Shown here: positions 54,014-64,000 of the stretch, in pieces
How the letters are laid out: every line of letters starts with the position of its first letter
Numbering within the stretch: the stretch's first letter is position 1
DNA from: Octopus sinensis
Taxonomy: Eukaryota
Reading direction: 5' to 3'
DNA: 64,000 nucleotides
Assembly: GCF_006345805.1 (NCBI RefSeq)
Contig: NC_043002.1
Location: forward strand, 66,402,001-66,466,000
Made by a program: the position numbers and the translations under genes
Notes under the pieces: model-generated
What the model saw: only the letters and a program-made list of their open reading frames with translations
Databases searched by the model: none
Told to the model about the DNA's origin: nothing

Positions 54014-54870
54014 GAGTGAGTGAGAGAGCAGTGCATGCCATCAAGGTGACACTGGGGTAAAATATACGAAGCCCAGTATACCCGTCTGATAAGGGTACAC
54101 CTGGCACATGCATCACAACCATATGTGCGCGACATGGTGATCTCATCTCTCTCTATATAAACGGCAGTTTGTCTGTGCGTGTTTCTGTGTGTCTATTTGC
54201 TTGTACCCTCACCCTGACCACGGCTTTCAACCGATTCTGATGAAACTTGACACACACATAGCCCAATATCATAATTCAAAACTAACGCAGCGAAAATTTT
54301 GAAAAGTTCCCCCAGTTCTGAACAAAATCGATAAATTCGACATGGGGTCGAGAATCAGAAACACAAACCGCAAACTGTCTAGGGGACGCAACTCCACCTT
54401 TTTTACTCTCAAAAAAATTTACCATCATTTTTTTCCATTTTTTTGGGGGCTATAACTCTCTAAAAATGCTTTATAGTTATTTCCCTTACAAACCTGAGCA
54501 ACGCCGGGCGATACTGCTAGTATCATGATAAACAGCGCGTGACCTTGCAGGTGGGGCCCAGTTAGAATTTTCTTCTGGTCGAGTAGCCCATCCTGCTCAA
54601 AAGGTCCCTGAATAAGGATTGTTTAAGGATGTTAAACGAAACAGCCATGTTTCCAAAGGTGAATTATCCAAACCTCCAAGAATTCCTTTCAACACACGGC
54701 TATGATGCTCCCCCACTACTTCTGCTCATGATCAAAGATGCACATATCGTCAGTCACTAATGGGGCATAGTCAACTGGTTAAGGTCAAACAACTGACAAG
54801 CAAATCTGTGGTGTTGAGCAGAATATTTGCTGTAGCCCATCTTTTATACCAAGACAAAACAATATACATG
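54014..54870 (-). mobile_element. Family H repeat (truncated at one end) interrupted by a Helitron-type element
   Basis: Reverse complement of 13371-13937, with (ATT)n on both sides. Confidence 0.8.
54146..54520 (+). mobile_element. Non-autonomous Helitron-type element, 375 bp
   Basis: Starts with TC and ends ..cgccgggcg-atactg-CTAG. It is inserted between A and T of the host (ctca|tatc) with no TSD. The empty site is visible in the 13.4-kb copy. Confidence 0.8.
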
Positions 54871-54881
54871 ATTACTATTAC

Positions 54882-54924
<43 letters not shown>

Positions 54925-55790
54925 GTTATTATTTTATTTTTTGTTTTGATAAAACTTGCACTGTCCAATATGTCTTAGAAACCAATTCCTGTCCTCACTA
55001 TATTTTATTTATTTTATTTGATATACCATCTGGCAAATTTTTGCAGTCGTTTGTTCCCTTAAATATCTTTCTTCCGGCCATTCAAAAATGCCTGCATGAG
55101 ATTTTCAGGTTATTACTACTTTTATTTTTCATTTTTCATAATAAGCGGAAATGAACTTATAAAATTTAAATTTCAGGTCAGTGTAACATATACATAAAAA
55201 ATAATAATGATGATAATAAAGACAAAATGGAATAGACAGGACAAGACCAAAGAGAAGAGACACGAGGTCTTAGAACTTTGACGAATAAACAAATAATAAA
55301 AGTAAAGCTAAAGAGAAGATCAAATAACTAGTGCGTGTGTTTATTGGCAAAATGACTGTCCCCAAATATAACAATAAAAAATACCCAGTTCCTCTGATAC
55401 TTCTAAATATTAAACACAATCTTTGAAATGAATTAACAACAACTAACTCGCTTATGGTATATTATTTAACACAGGAAGAAAGATCAAATCAAATCAAAGT
55501 CAACTTTGCTTTTTATCGATCTTTCGAGATCAATAAAATAAAGGGTCAGTCAAGTGCTGAGGTCAATATAATCGACTATAGCCATTCCCTAAACGTCTGG
55601 CCTTGTGCCCTCGGAAGAAATAATTATTTTAGATCGCCCTCTCAGCTTTCTTTGGCCAGGAAAAGCAGGAAGTTTTCCTTAAATGTCTAAAGTGAGGGTA
55701 GATAGTTTGGTGAAAGAAACTGAATGTAGACATTTTCCGATGTTACTTTACCGTGCGATCTACGGGATCGTTTACGCTTTAGCGTGCAGT

Positions 55791-55910
55791 CTAACCCTAA
55801 TCTAAAGCACCCTAATCCTAAACCCTAACCCTAACCATAACCCAAAACACTAGCACTAACCTTAACCAAAAACCCTAACCCTAACCCTAAAATTCTCACC
55901 CTAATACTAA
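55791..55910. repeat. Degenerate telomere-like (CCCTAA)n tract
   Basis: ctaaccctaa..aaccctaaccctaacc..aaccctaaccctaaccctaa, with substitutions. Confidence 0.8.
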
Positions 55911-56362
55911 GCAAGATCGGGTCATTTCACAGCGTTGACTACGGATACTCAAGTAGATTGCATACATTTTCCTCTTCAACTAATCTTTCATCAATTTGAA
56001 GTAAACTTCTTGAAGAGAAATTTAGGCAGAGAGGTAGTTGCTGCTCTTCAGTTTATTTCTTAAAAGGTGGACGAGAGTGGCTAGTATATCTCGCATCAAT
56101 GGGCCCACACCAGGCAAGTGTTTGTACACCGGTCAAGAGAACCTGCCCTTGATAGTAGAGGTAGTTGGAGTCTTTGGGATTCCAGACTGGTGTCAAGGTT
56201 ACCTTTACTTCTTTCAAAATCACTTTACTCATTGGACTGCATTTCCCATAATTTTCCCTTTTGTTCTTTATCTTTGCCGTTATTTTTCGTATATCTATTA
56301 CTTGTGGAGCTGTGGATCCGCCTTCACCGCTTTTGTAATATGTCCTTGTTATAATGCAGTGA

Positions 56363-56739
56363 GCAGAAACGTTAGCACGCCGGGCGAAATACTTAACGGC
56401 ATTTCGCCTGTCTTTACGTTCTGAGTTCAAATTCCTTTCGGGGTCGATAAATTAAGAATCCAGTTACGCACTGGGGTCGATGTAATCGACTTAATCTCTT
56501 TGTTTGTCCCCTCTATGTTTAGCCCTTGTGGACCATAAAGAAATAAGAAACGTTACCATGCCGGATGAAATGCTTAGCGGTATTTTGTCTGTCTTTACGT
56601 TCTGAGTTCAAGTTCGCCTAGGTCGACTTTGCCTTTCATCCTTTCAAGGTCGATAAATTAAGTACCAGCTGCGCACTGGGGTCGATCTGATCGACTGCCC
56701 CCCTCCAAAATTTCAGGCCTTGTGCCTAGAGGAGAAAAG
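56363..56739 (+). mobile_element. Two tandem family B SINEs with different 3' tails
   Basis: Two successive aaacgtta.ca.gccgg..gaaat.ctta.cgg heads. The first ends ..aaagaaataag and the second ends ..ccttgtgcctagaggagaaaag. Confidence 0.8.
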
Positions 56740-57203
56740 AATTTGTACTTGTTATGCCCCTTTACCTGTCGCTCTTCTAAAGAAAAGATTAAAGTAAACT
56801 TAAATGAGGTTTTAATGAACGATAGAACTGTCACATCGATCTCTTTTCTAGTCTCAAAGAAAACCCTGTGACTAAATGATATGCATGCTTCATTTGCATT
56901 TCAACACATACACACAGATATCGACATAGAAATAAAGTGTTTATACACACACACATGAATATATAGTCTGCTGAGATGATTTGAAGACACAACACCTAAT
57001 AGCCTAACGGTATATCTTATCTACCCCTCTGATGAGATTTTGCCAAATACAATGATTTAATTATTGTAATTTAATCTTTAGGCAAAATTGAAACAGCTGT
57101 AAGGAATATGTCAGATTTTTGCAGTTAATAAATTATATTAATGCTACATCTCCATTTTCTAGATTTTCTTATATATATATATATTATATATATATATATA
57201 TAT

Positions 57204-57308
<105 letters not shown>

Positions 57309-59851
57309 GTGTATATATATATATATTCATATATATATACATATATATATACATATACACACATATGTGTGTGTGCGCATGTGTGAATGAGTCCTTCTTC
57401 GTAAGTGTTTGTGTGTTGGTGGGTGTTTATATCATGCTACAGGACACAGTGTTTCAACAAATATTGTATTCTTTAAGCTTCATCTAACGAAGCTTATCGA
57501 ATAAAATAACAGCAAGAGTGAGTTTTTATATCATTCAAAGAAAATATGGATATATATTCTCCCGGAAAATCATAACGTTTCGGTAGCTGTTCGTCTCTTG
57601 AGCCTGTGCTGACAAAAATAGGTTCTCGCTCTGGTTTAAGTATTTAAAGCAGTTCACGGTGGATAAAGAGAACGAAGTGATCTCTTTCAAAAATTCCATA
57701 GTGTGTTAATGAAAGTACCTTCAGAGTACAGCGCAGGGAAATATATTAAGTTGGAATACTTTAAATGCGGTATAATGCTGTTCGTGGAAACTAGACAAAC
57801 ATAGACTATACGTAGTACATCATAATTCAACTTAACATGGTATATATCAACTCAGAGTATTGTACGACAAATTAAATTACTCGGCAGTACGATCGATGTC
57901 TGTACGAATAAAAAAATGTAAAGAGTGAATTTCGCATAGAGCTTGTAAAGGAAATAGTTGAAAATGTACAACAATGGAAAATGAGTAACGAAGAAAAGAA
58001 ACAGAGAGAACTCGCTCATATATTACTTCAAAACTCCTGACTTTGTGAGCTAGTGAAAATGCCCCCCATCCTCGCACAAAAATATATTGATTTAGAAAGC
58101 TTAAAATATCCTGGAGATATTTTGTGGCATTATACACACATGGATTATATATGGCACATTTTAATTCATATAAATGAAGCGTTTATTTAATGAGAATGTT
58201 TCACAATTAATTTAGTGACTTGGGGTAACAACTAATGCCCATAAGATTGTATTAAAAGGAACTAGTGAATTTCAAGTATACCATATAAAGAAAATATGTA
58301 TATTATTTACCTAAGAGTATTCTCCTGGGACACCAGGATGTTTTGACAGCTGTTTGTATCCGCAGCCGGTGTTGCTAATGTGAAGTTCTCATTCTATTGC
58401 ATTATATATTGTTGTCGGGCCACAAGGGACAGATATATAAAGCTACCTGGGACGAACAAAAGAAATAAAGTGAGCGCTTTTATGTAAAGCAAAAAAAAAT
58501 TGTTTCACTGAGGTTGTGAAAATGCTCCCCAGAATGCTTTTCTGTAGGAAACTAGAAAAACTTTAAAATATGACACGGGGGCGACAAAAGAACATACCGA
58601 AAAGTAGGGGGAAAAAACCCTACACAATAGACGCAAACATGCTCAACTCTTCATCAGTTGTCGACAAAATATCATTACAATCTCGATAATTTTCGATAAC
58701 AGTACACAAGCTAATGGTGTCGGCAACGTAAGCGGACATGATAAACGTAAACATACAAAAAAGAAAACAGAAACTAGTACAATACAAGAAAAGATTACGG
58801 TTTATAAGACCCGGTAAATAAAGACCAGTTATGAGGGAAATGGGAAAAATTATAGATAACGAAGAAACGAATAAGCAAGGATAGTGAGAGGGGGAAATTC
58901 GTAAACAAAGAATGTCTTGCGACTATGGGACAAAAATTAGATATATTTGTGCGTATTAACGCTAACAGGAAAGGCTCTAAAAAATCCTGAACCATAATTA
59001 ATAAATAGATAAATTGTTTCATTCCTCTGCATGCTTCAGCAAGATGTAATCGAAGTTAGGAAAGAATTTTGAGATTTTCAGAAGCGAAGGAGATCCAATC
59101 TCATTAAGGAGTTGAAGGTATATTTTCATATAACTTTCTCTACAGGAAAATAGTTAATAAGATGAAACACAAGAACTGTCGAGTCAAAGAATGGCGATGT
59201 AGATAAATGAAAATTTAATATCAATGGGATTATAACGTATGTGTGTATATACATATGTAACGAACTTATGGTGAGTGAATATCTTCACTTGTACTTTCGG
59301 GGTACAAGAAAGCAATCACTAGCCCTTGCTTTAATAATCCAGAATTCTACCAGTCAGAAACAACAAGACGCAGACGTAAAATATATATATACTACTTTAT
59401 TCTCTTTCTTGGTAACAGTAACAATAAGTGTGTTATCTGATGTCCTTGGTTCTGGGGGCGCAAGGCTGAAAGTTAATCGATTGTAATATTTACAATGTTC
59501 AGCCGCCAAAACAGAAAGGGTCAAAATGGCGTCCGGAGGAAGAGGATGATGTCTGCAACAATCCAGGTTAAAGGCCTTTTGGTAAGGACTGCTAGAAGCA
59601 AGTTCGAACGGAGAGAAAATATGCGTGACCGTCTCCTTCAGTCGCTGCTGTCCCAAGTCACCGCTTGCTGCTGCTAGTGGTCAGACGTTCTACGATCCCC
59701 CTGCCTTGGCCAGGGTCGTGCTTCCGGTGGTTCGCGCATGCGCGAGAGGGCCCTTCCTTTCTGTGCCTTGGTGAAGGCACCAACACTCGCACGCGCGAAA
59801 TAGAAAATGGACGGTGCGCGCACCGTTATAGTATCACTACACATACATACT

Positions 59852-59884
<33 letters not shown>

Positions 59885-59890
<6 letters not shown>

Positions 59891-60014
59891 TTTATAGAAG
59901 GAGCTTCTACAGGACTAGAACTGTTTCATTCAAAAGAAATCATCAGGAGCTTCTGATGATTTCTTTTGAATGAAACAGTTCTAGTCCTGTAGAAGCTCCT
60001 TCTATAAAATAAAT
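59885..60014. ncRNA. 130-bp palindrome containing two inverted hammerhead-ribozyme-like cores
   Basis: 65-bp arms with one G.T mismatch. Plus-strand core: CTGATGA 59953-59959, GAAA 59972-59975, helix III cag/ctg, GTA triplet 59989-59991. A mirror copy lies on the minus strand. Confidence 0.6.
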
Positions 60015-60079
60015 TAATTTACTCTGCTATGTATTGAGTACCTTATTTACTGTGGTTAACTCCGACTCAACCCGGGACC

Positions 60080-60121
<42 letters not shown>

Positions 60122-60125
<4 letters not shown>

Positions 60126-61315
60126 TCTGCCAACGTGTTGTGGGACGGTTTAACTTTCGCAGGCGTCCCCGATATTTTAGCATCTCCCCGGTCGAACTCT
60201 CAGCCCTACGATTTCTCCGAAGCCGCAAAGACATCATCATAAAACCGGCTGACAAGGATGGAGCCGTGGTGGTGCGTCGCGCAGACCTCAACTAGGCTGA
60301 AGCTCTCCGCCAACTTCAACCCCACGCCTAACTACCAACAGACTGTGTCCTCCACCAGCCATGACCTCATCTCCTCCTTCCGTTTCCATCCCACCGCCTC
60401 CAACCTCATTGTCCGCACTACACGCACTCGCATCATTTACTTCCTTCCAAAAATTCACAAACCCAACAACCCTGGACGTCGCATCGTCTCCGCCTGTAAT
60501 TGCTCCACGGAATTGATCACAAAATATCTCGACCGTGTCCTTGTCCCCTAGTGACTTCTCTCCCCTTCTACATCCACGACACTAACCGTGCTCCCCGTCT
60601 CTTCAACTCTTTTCCCTTTCCTCCTGACCCCTCTAAACTTCTCTTCACTCTTGATATCAAGAGTCTATATACGGTGATTGCAGACAACGGACTTCTTGCA
60701 CTCAAACATTTCGTAGACCTTCGACCCAACCCCATATCTGACACCTCCACACTTCTTCGTCTGGCAGAACTTGTTCTCTCCCCCAACTGCTTCTCGTTCG
60801 CGGGTTATTTTTACTAGCAGATCTCGGGAGTGATCATCGGAACGAAAACGGGCCCCAACTATGCGAACTTGTTCGTTGGCTACGTTGAGGTCTAAATATT
60901 CTCACGATTCTCGAACTATACGGTCATTATGTTGATGACTGTATCGGTGCGACCTCATTTTCCCGCGAACAACTAGACTCCTTCCTCTCTTTTGTCCAAT
61001 CCTTCCATTTTGCCCTCGAATTCTGCACTATTTCCAGCACTTCCGTCACATTTCTCGACATTTCGGTTAACATACACCACTCTGCTCTCACTACTTCCAT
61101 CCACTACAAACTGACTCACACTCATACCTCAACTTCTCCTCTCACCCTACCCACACCAATCTCTCCATCCGTCTGCGCAGGCTCTGCAGTGACAACCACG
61201 ACTTTGAGACTCAGCCTCAGCACATGGCTCGCCACTTTATCCTTCGAGGATATCCCCTCACCACTATCCACACAGCCCTTACCAGAGCACGTTCCGTGGA
61301 CCGTGCCTCTGCTCT
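60122..61315 (+). pseudogene. Decayed Penelope-like element reverse transcriptase (stops and frameshifts)
   Basis: Motifs across frames: ELSALRFLRSRKDIIIKPADKDGAVVV, FLPKIHKPNNPGRRIVS, LFTLDIKSLYTVI, GTKTGPNYANLFVGYVE, YVDDCIG (60928), VTFLDISV, LRRLCSD. Confidence 0.9.
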
Positions 61316-61552
61316 CTTGTGAGTGGATTTGTAGACGGAATCTGAAAGAAGCCCGTCGTATATATGTGCGAGTGTGTTTGTCCCCCCCACCTATCACCAC
61401 TTGACAACCGGTGTTGGTGTGTTTACGTCTCCAATAAAATAAGTATCTGGCTTTAAATATAAATACTAGGGTCGATTCATGTGACTAAAAATTCAAGGCG
61501 GTGCCCCAGCATGGCCGCGATTTAATAACTGAAACAGGTAAAATATAAAAGC
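61316..61552 (+). mobile_element. Family A SINE, 5'-truncated, at the end of the PLE fragment
   Basis: Runs from cttgtgagtggatttgtagacgg..gaaagaagcccgtcg to gccccagcatggccgc..gactgaaacagg. Confidence 0.8.
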
Positions 61553-61720
61553 TAAAAAGATACTTTCATATGCAACTAAATCATCCACTTGATATTTATG
61601 AATAACAACCTTGATTTATGCATTATGATATATGAATGATGAAATAGTAATTCATGATTTCGTCTTGTATTTGACATGTCTTATATTGCAAGTTATATTG
61701 ATGTCTTATAAACTTATGGA

Positions 61721-61968
61721 AGTGGAGGCGCGTGGCTTAGTGGTTAGGGGTGGTGGACTCATGATTGTAAGATTGGGGTTTCGATTCCTGCTCTGGGTGA
61801 TGCATTGTGTTCTTGAGCAAAACACTTCATTTCACTTTGCTCCATTCCACTTAGCTGGTAAAAATGAGAATCCCTGCGACGAACCGGCGTCCCGTCCAGG
61901 TGGGGAATATATTTGCCATTAAAACCGGGGAACCGGCCCTCATGAGTCTGGCATGGCCCGAGAAGGAG
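61721..61968 (+). mobile_element. tRNA-derived SINE with a Deu/Nin-like central domain; diverged reverse copy at about 62600-62830
   Basis: Head gtggaggcgcgtggcttagtggttagg..ttcgattcc, then ttgctccattccacttagctgg, then the family D tail. Confidence 0.7.
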
Positions 61969-61989
61969 ACATTTAACTTTTTAAAACTC

Positions 61990-62181
61990 TTTTAATTTTT
62001 CAATCATTTGATTGCGGCCATGCTGGAGCACCGCCTTTAGTCGAGCAAATCGACTAAGCTTAGTACTTTGTAAGCTTAGTACTTATTCTATCGGTCACTT
62101 TTGCCGAACCGCTAAGTTATGGGGACGTAAACACACCACTATCGGTTGTCAAGCGATGCTGGGGGGACAAACACGGACATA

Positions 62182-62233
<52 letters not shown>

Positions 62234-62391
62234 CATATATACAACGGGCTTCTTTCAGTTTCCATCTACCAAATCCACTCACAAGGCTTTGGTCGTCCTG
62301 AGGCTATAGTAGAAGACACTTGCCCAAGGTGCCACGCAGTGGGAATGAACCCGGAACCATGTGGTTGGTAAGTAAGCTACTTACCACACAG
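61990..62391 (-). mobile_element. Family A SINE, best-preserved copy in the window
   Basis: All consensus blocks are present and most CpGs are retained. Confidence 0.9.
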
Positions 62392-63349
62392 TCCCTTTTT
62401 TTAAAAATTTATGGAACTGTCAGCTAAAAAAGAGAAATAATGGACTTAAATTGTGGCTTGATGTGGCAACAGACTTAATTTTAGGAAGATATCAACACAA
62501 CTAAATGAATCTGTCGTTACTATCTTTGAAGCTTTGTTTCGATTCCGTTATACTCATACGTTCAGAATTGTAATGATCCCTAGGATTCATAAGATCGGAA
62601 TTTAACCCGGTTTCCATGGTGCAAAAGGGGTAGAAATTATGGGTCTCTCCACCGAACAGGACGCCAATATGTCGCAAGGTTAACTTCTCAGCTATTGCTG
62701 GAATTCATTTTGTTGGAGCAACACGAAACGAGTTTTTTTTTCTCAAAAACACAACACATCTTCTGGCCCAGGAATCAAAAACACAATTTCATAATCGCGA
62801 GTGTCACATCTTAGCACCAAGCCACTCGCTTTCACGTTTCGTCATACACCAGATACAAATAATTTGGTATATCAAGCAGACAGCATCAGAATGATCGTGC
62901 CACACAATGATAGCTGTAAGCAACGGTAAAATGTAGACTATGATGATAAAACGCTGGTTGATTGCAGAAATATCTCAACTAGTTGCAAGATATCAAGTGG
63001 GTGGGTGAAGGAGCCCAGGCTCTCGTGATAAAACATTCTAGGTCATCTTGAATTTTACAGAGATCATGAAAATTAGACCAAGTAGGACTGACTTAAAATC
63101 AAGTTTAATGACGAAACACACAAGAAGCAATTTGCATCTATTGCACCTTTAATTTTTCGTCCATTAAACTCCAGATACAATTCTGGGTGTACACTTGTAA
63201 GGTTTATGAAATGCCCGTCTATTATGATAAGGGAGTGGGGCCAAAGTAAATTGTCAGTATTTGGATATTGCCTTAAGGGTGCAAACAAACTCTAAAATCA
63301 TCTGGATATTCAGAAGTTGCTAACTCGTATGATCTTCTACAACAACTCT

Positions 63350-63654
63350 TTATTGCAACAGAACTCTGCATGAAAGACAGGTTTACAGGTTTACAGGTTT
63401 ACAGCCAATGATTTTACTTCAGTGAGTAAATCGCCAGGATTAACTCCTGACTTGAACCCCATAGAAAATGCAAAGAATTATAAAAAAAGAAAATAGCAGC
63501 TTTTAATGCTCCACCAATATTGATTTTACAAAAGCAGATATTGCAGGTCTGAACACGGAAGGTAATCCATAATTTTTGCAAAAATCTGGTTCAAAGCCTT
63601 CCTGACGCTATTGATGATGTTATGGAGGCAAAAAGATATCATAATAAAAACTGA
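63350..63654 (+). pseudogene. Tc1/mariner transposase C-terminal relic
   Basis: LLQQNSA (compare FQQDNA), SPGLTPDLNPIENA (compare WPxxSPDLNPIEN) and CKNLVQSLPDAIDDVMEAKRYHNKN* (Tc1-type C-terminus). The frame is disrupted. Confidence 0.8.
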
Positions 63655-64000
63655 GCATAGTCTTGATATTTTTACTCTTGTAAACTGCCAACATGTTATA
63701 ATATGCTTATGATCTCGTACTTACGGTATAAAACTATATCTTTATTGGTTTGTTCAGATTCATATTCGTTATGTATCGAACCAACCTGCAAATATTTCAC
63801 TCCCACATTCAATTGTAATTGAGAGTTGACCGTATAGATTACACGACATTTTTCTTCCTTGATACATTACACGTATTACATGACTGACATATTTTTCAGC
63901 AAACCATAGCAACATCGTATCTTCCAAGCTGTAACCCTATCGGAAGCCTTTTCAAAGTCGATAATAGCCATTGTCAAAGCAATATCAAAGGCTTTATGAA

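Noticed and set aside
54230-54250. CTGATGAAAC as a hammerhead core
   Set aside because: There is no helix II or III arrangement; it is part of the Helitron-type element.
57560-57610. Degenerate hammerhead-like string on the minus strand (ctcaaga...gaaacg)
   Set aside because: The core has a mismatch, and helices I and III cannot be formed.

Overview
AT-rich animal genomic DNA packed with SINEs, MITEs and microsatellites. The repeat families look like those of an octopus or other coleoid cephalopod; this is inferred from sequence recognition, not a database search. The only host coding sequence I can support is the first coding exon of alpha-actinin (minus strand, 51740-51838, [33 protein letters not shown], ending at a phase-0 GT donor). 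I could not find the expected next exon (TFTAWCNSH...), so positions 1-51739 appear to be part of one very large intron. Upstream of the gene (higher coordinates) are a CpG-rich promoter-like region, a Helitron-type element nested in another repeat, a degenerate (CCCTAA)n tract, a decayed Penelope-like reverse transcriptase and a Tc1 transposase relic. The most unusual structure is a 130-bp near-perfect palindrome at 59885-60014. It contains two inverted hammerhead-ribozyme-like cores and lies about 110 bp before the Penelope-like RT. CpG content also changes clearly near 46-47 kb, which fits gene-body methylation. Almost all other ORFs in the supplied track are artefacts of SINEs or microsatellites. 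Repeat coordinates were read by eye and may be off by a few bases unless TIR or TSD positions are given.
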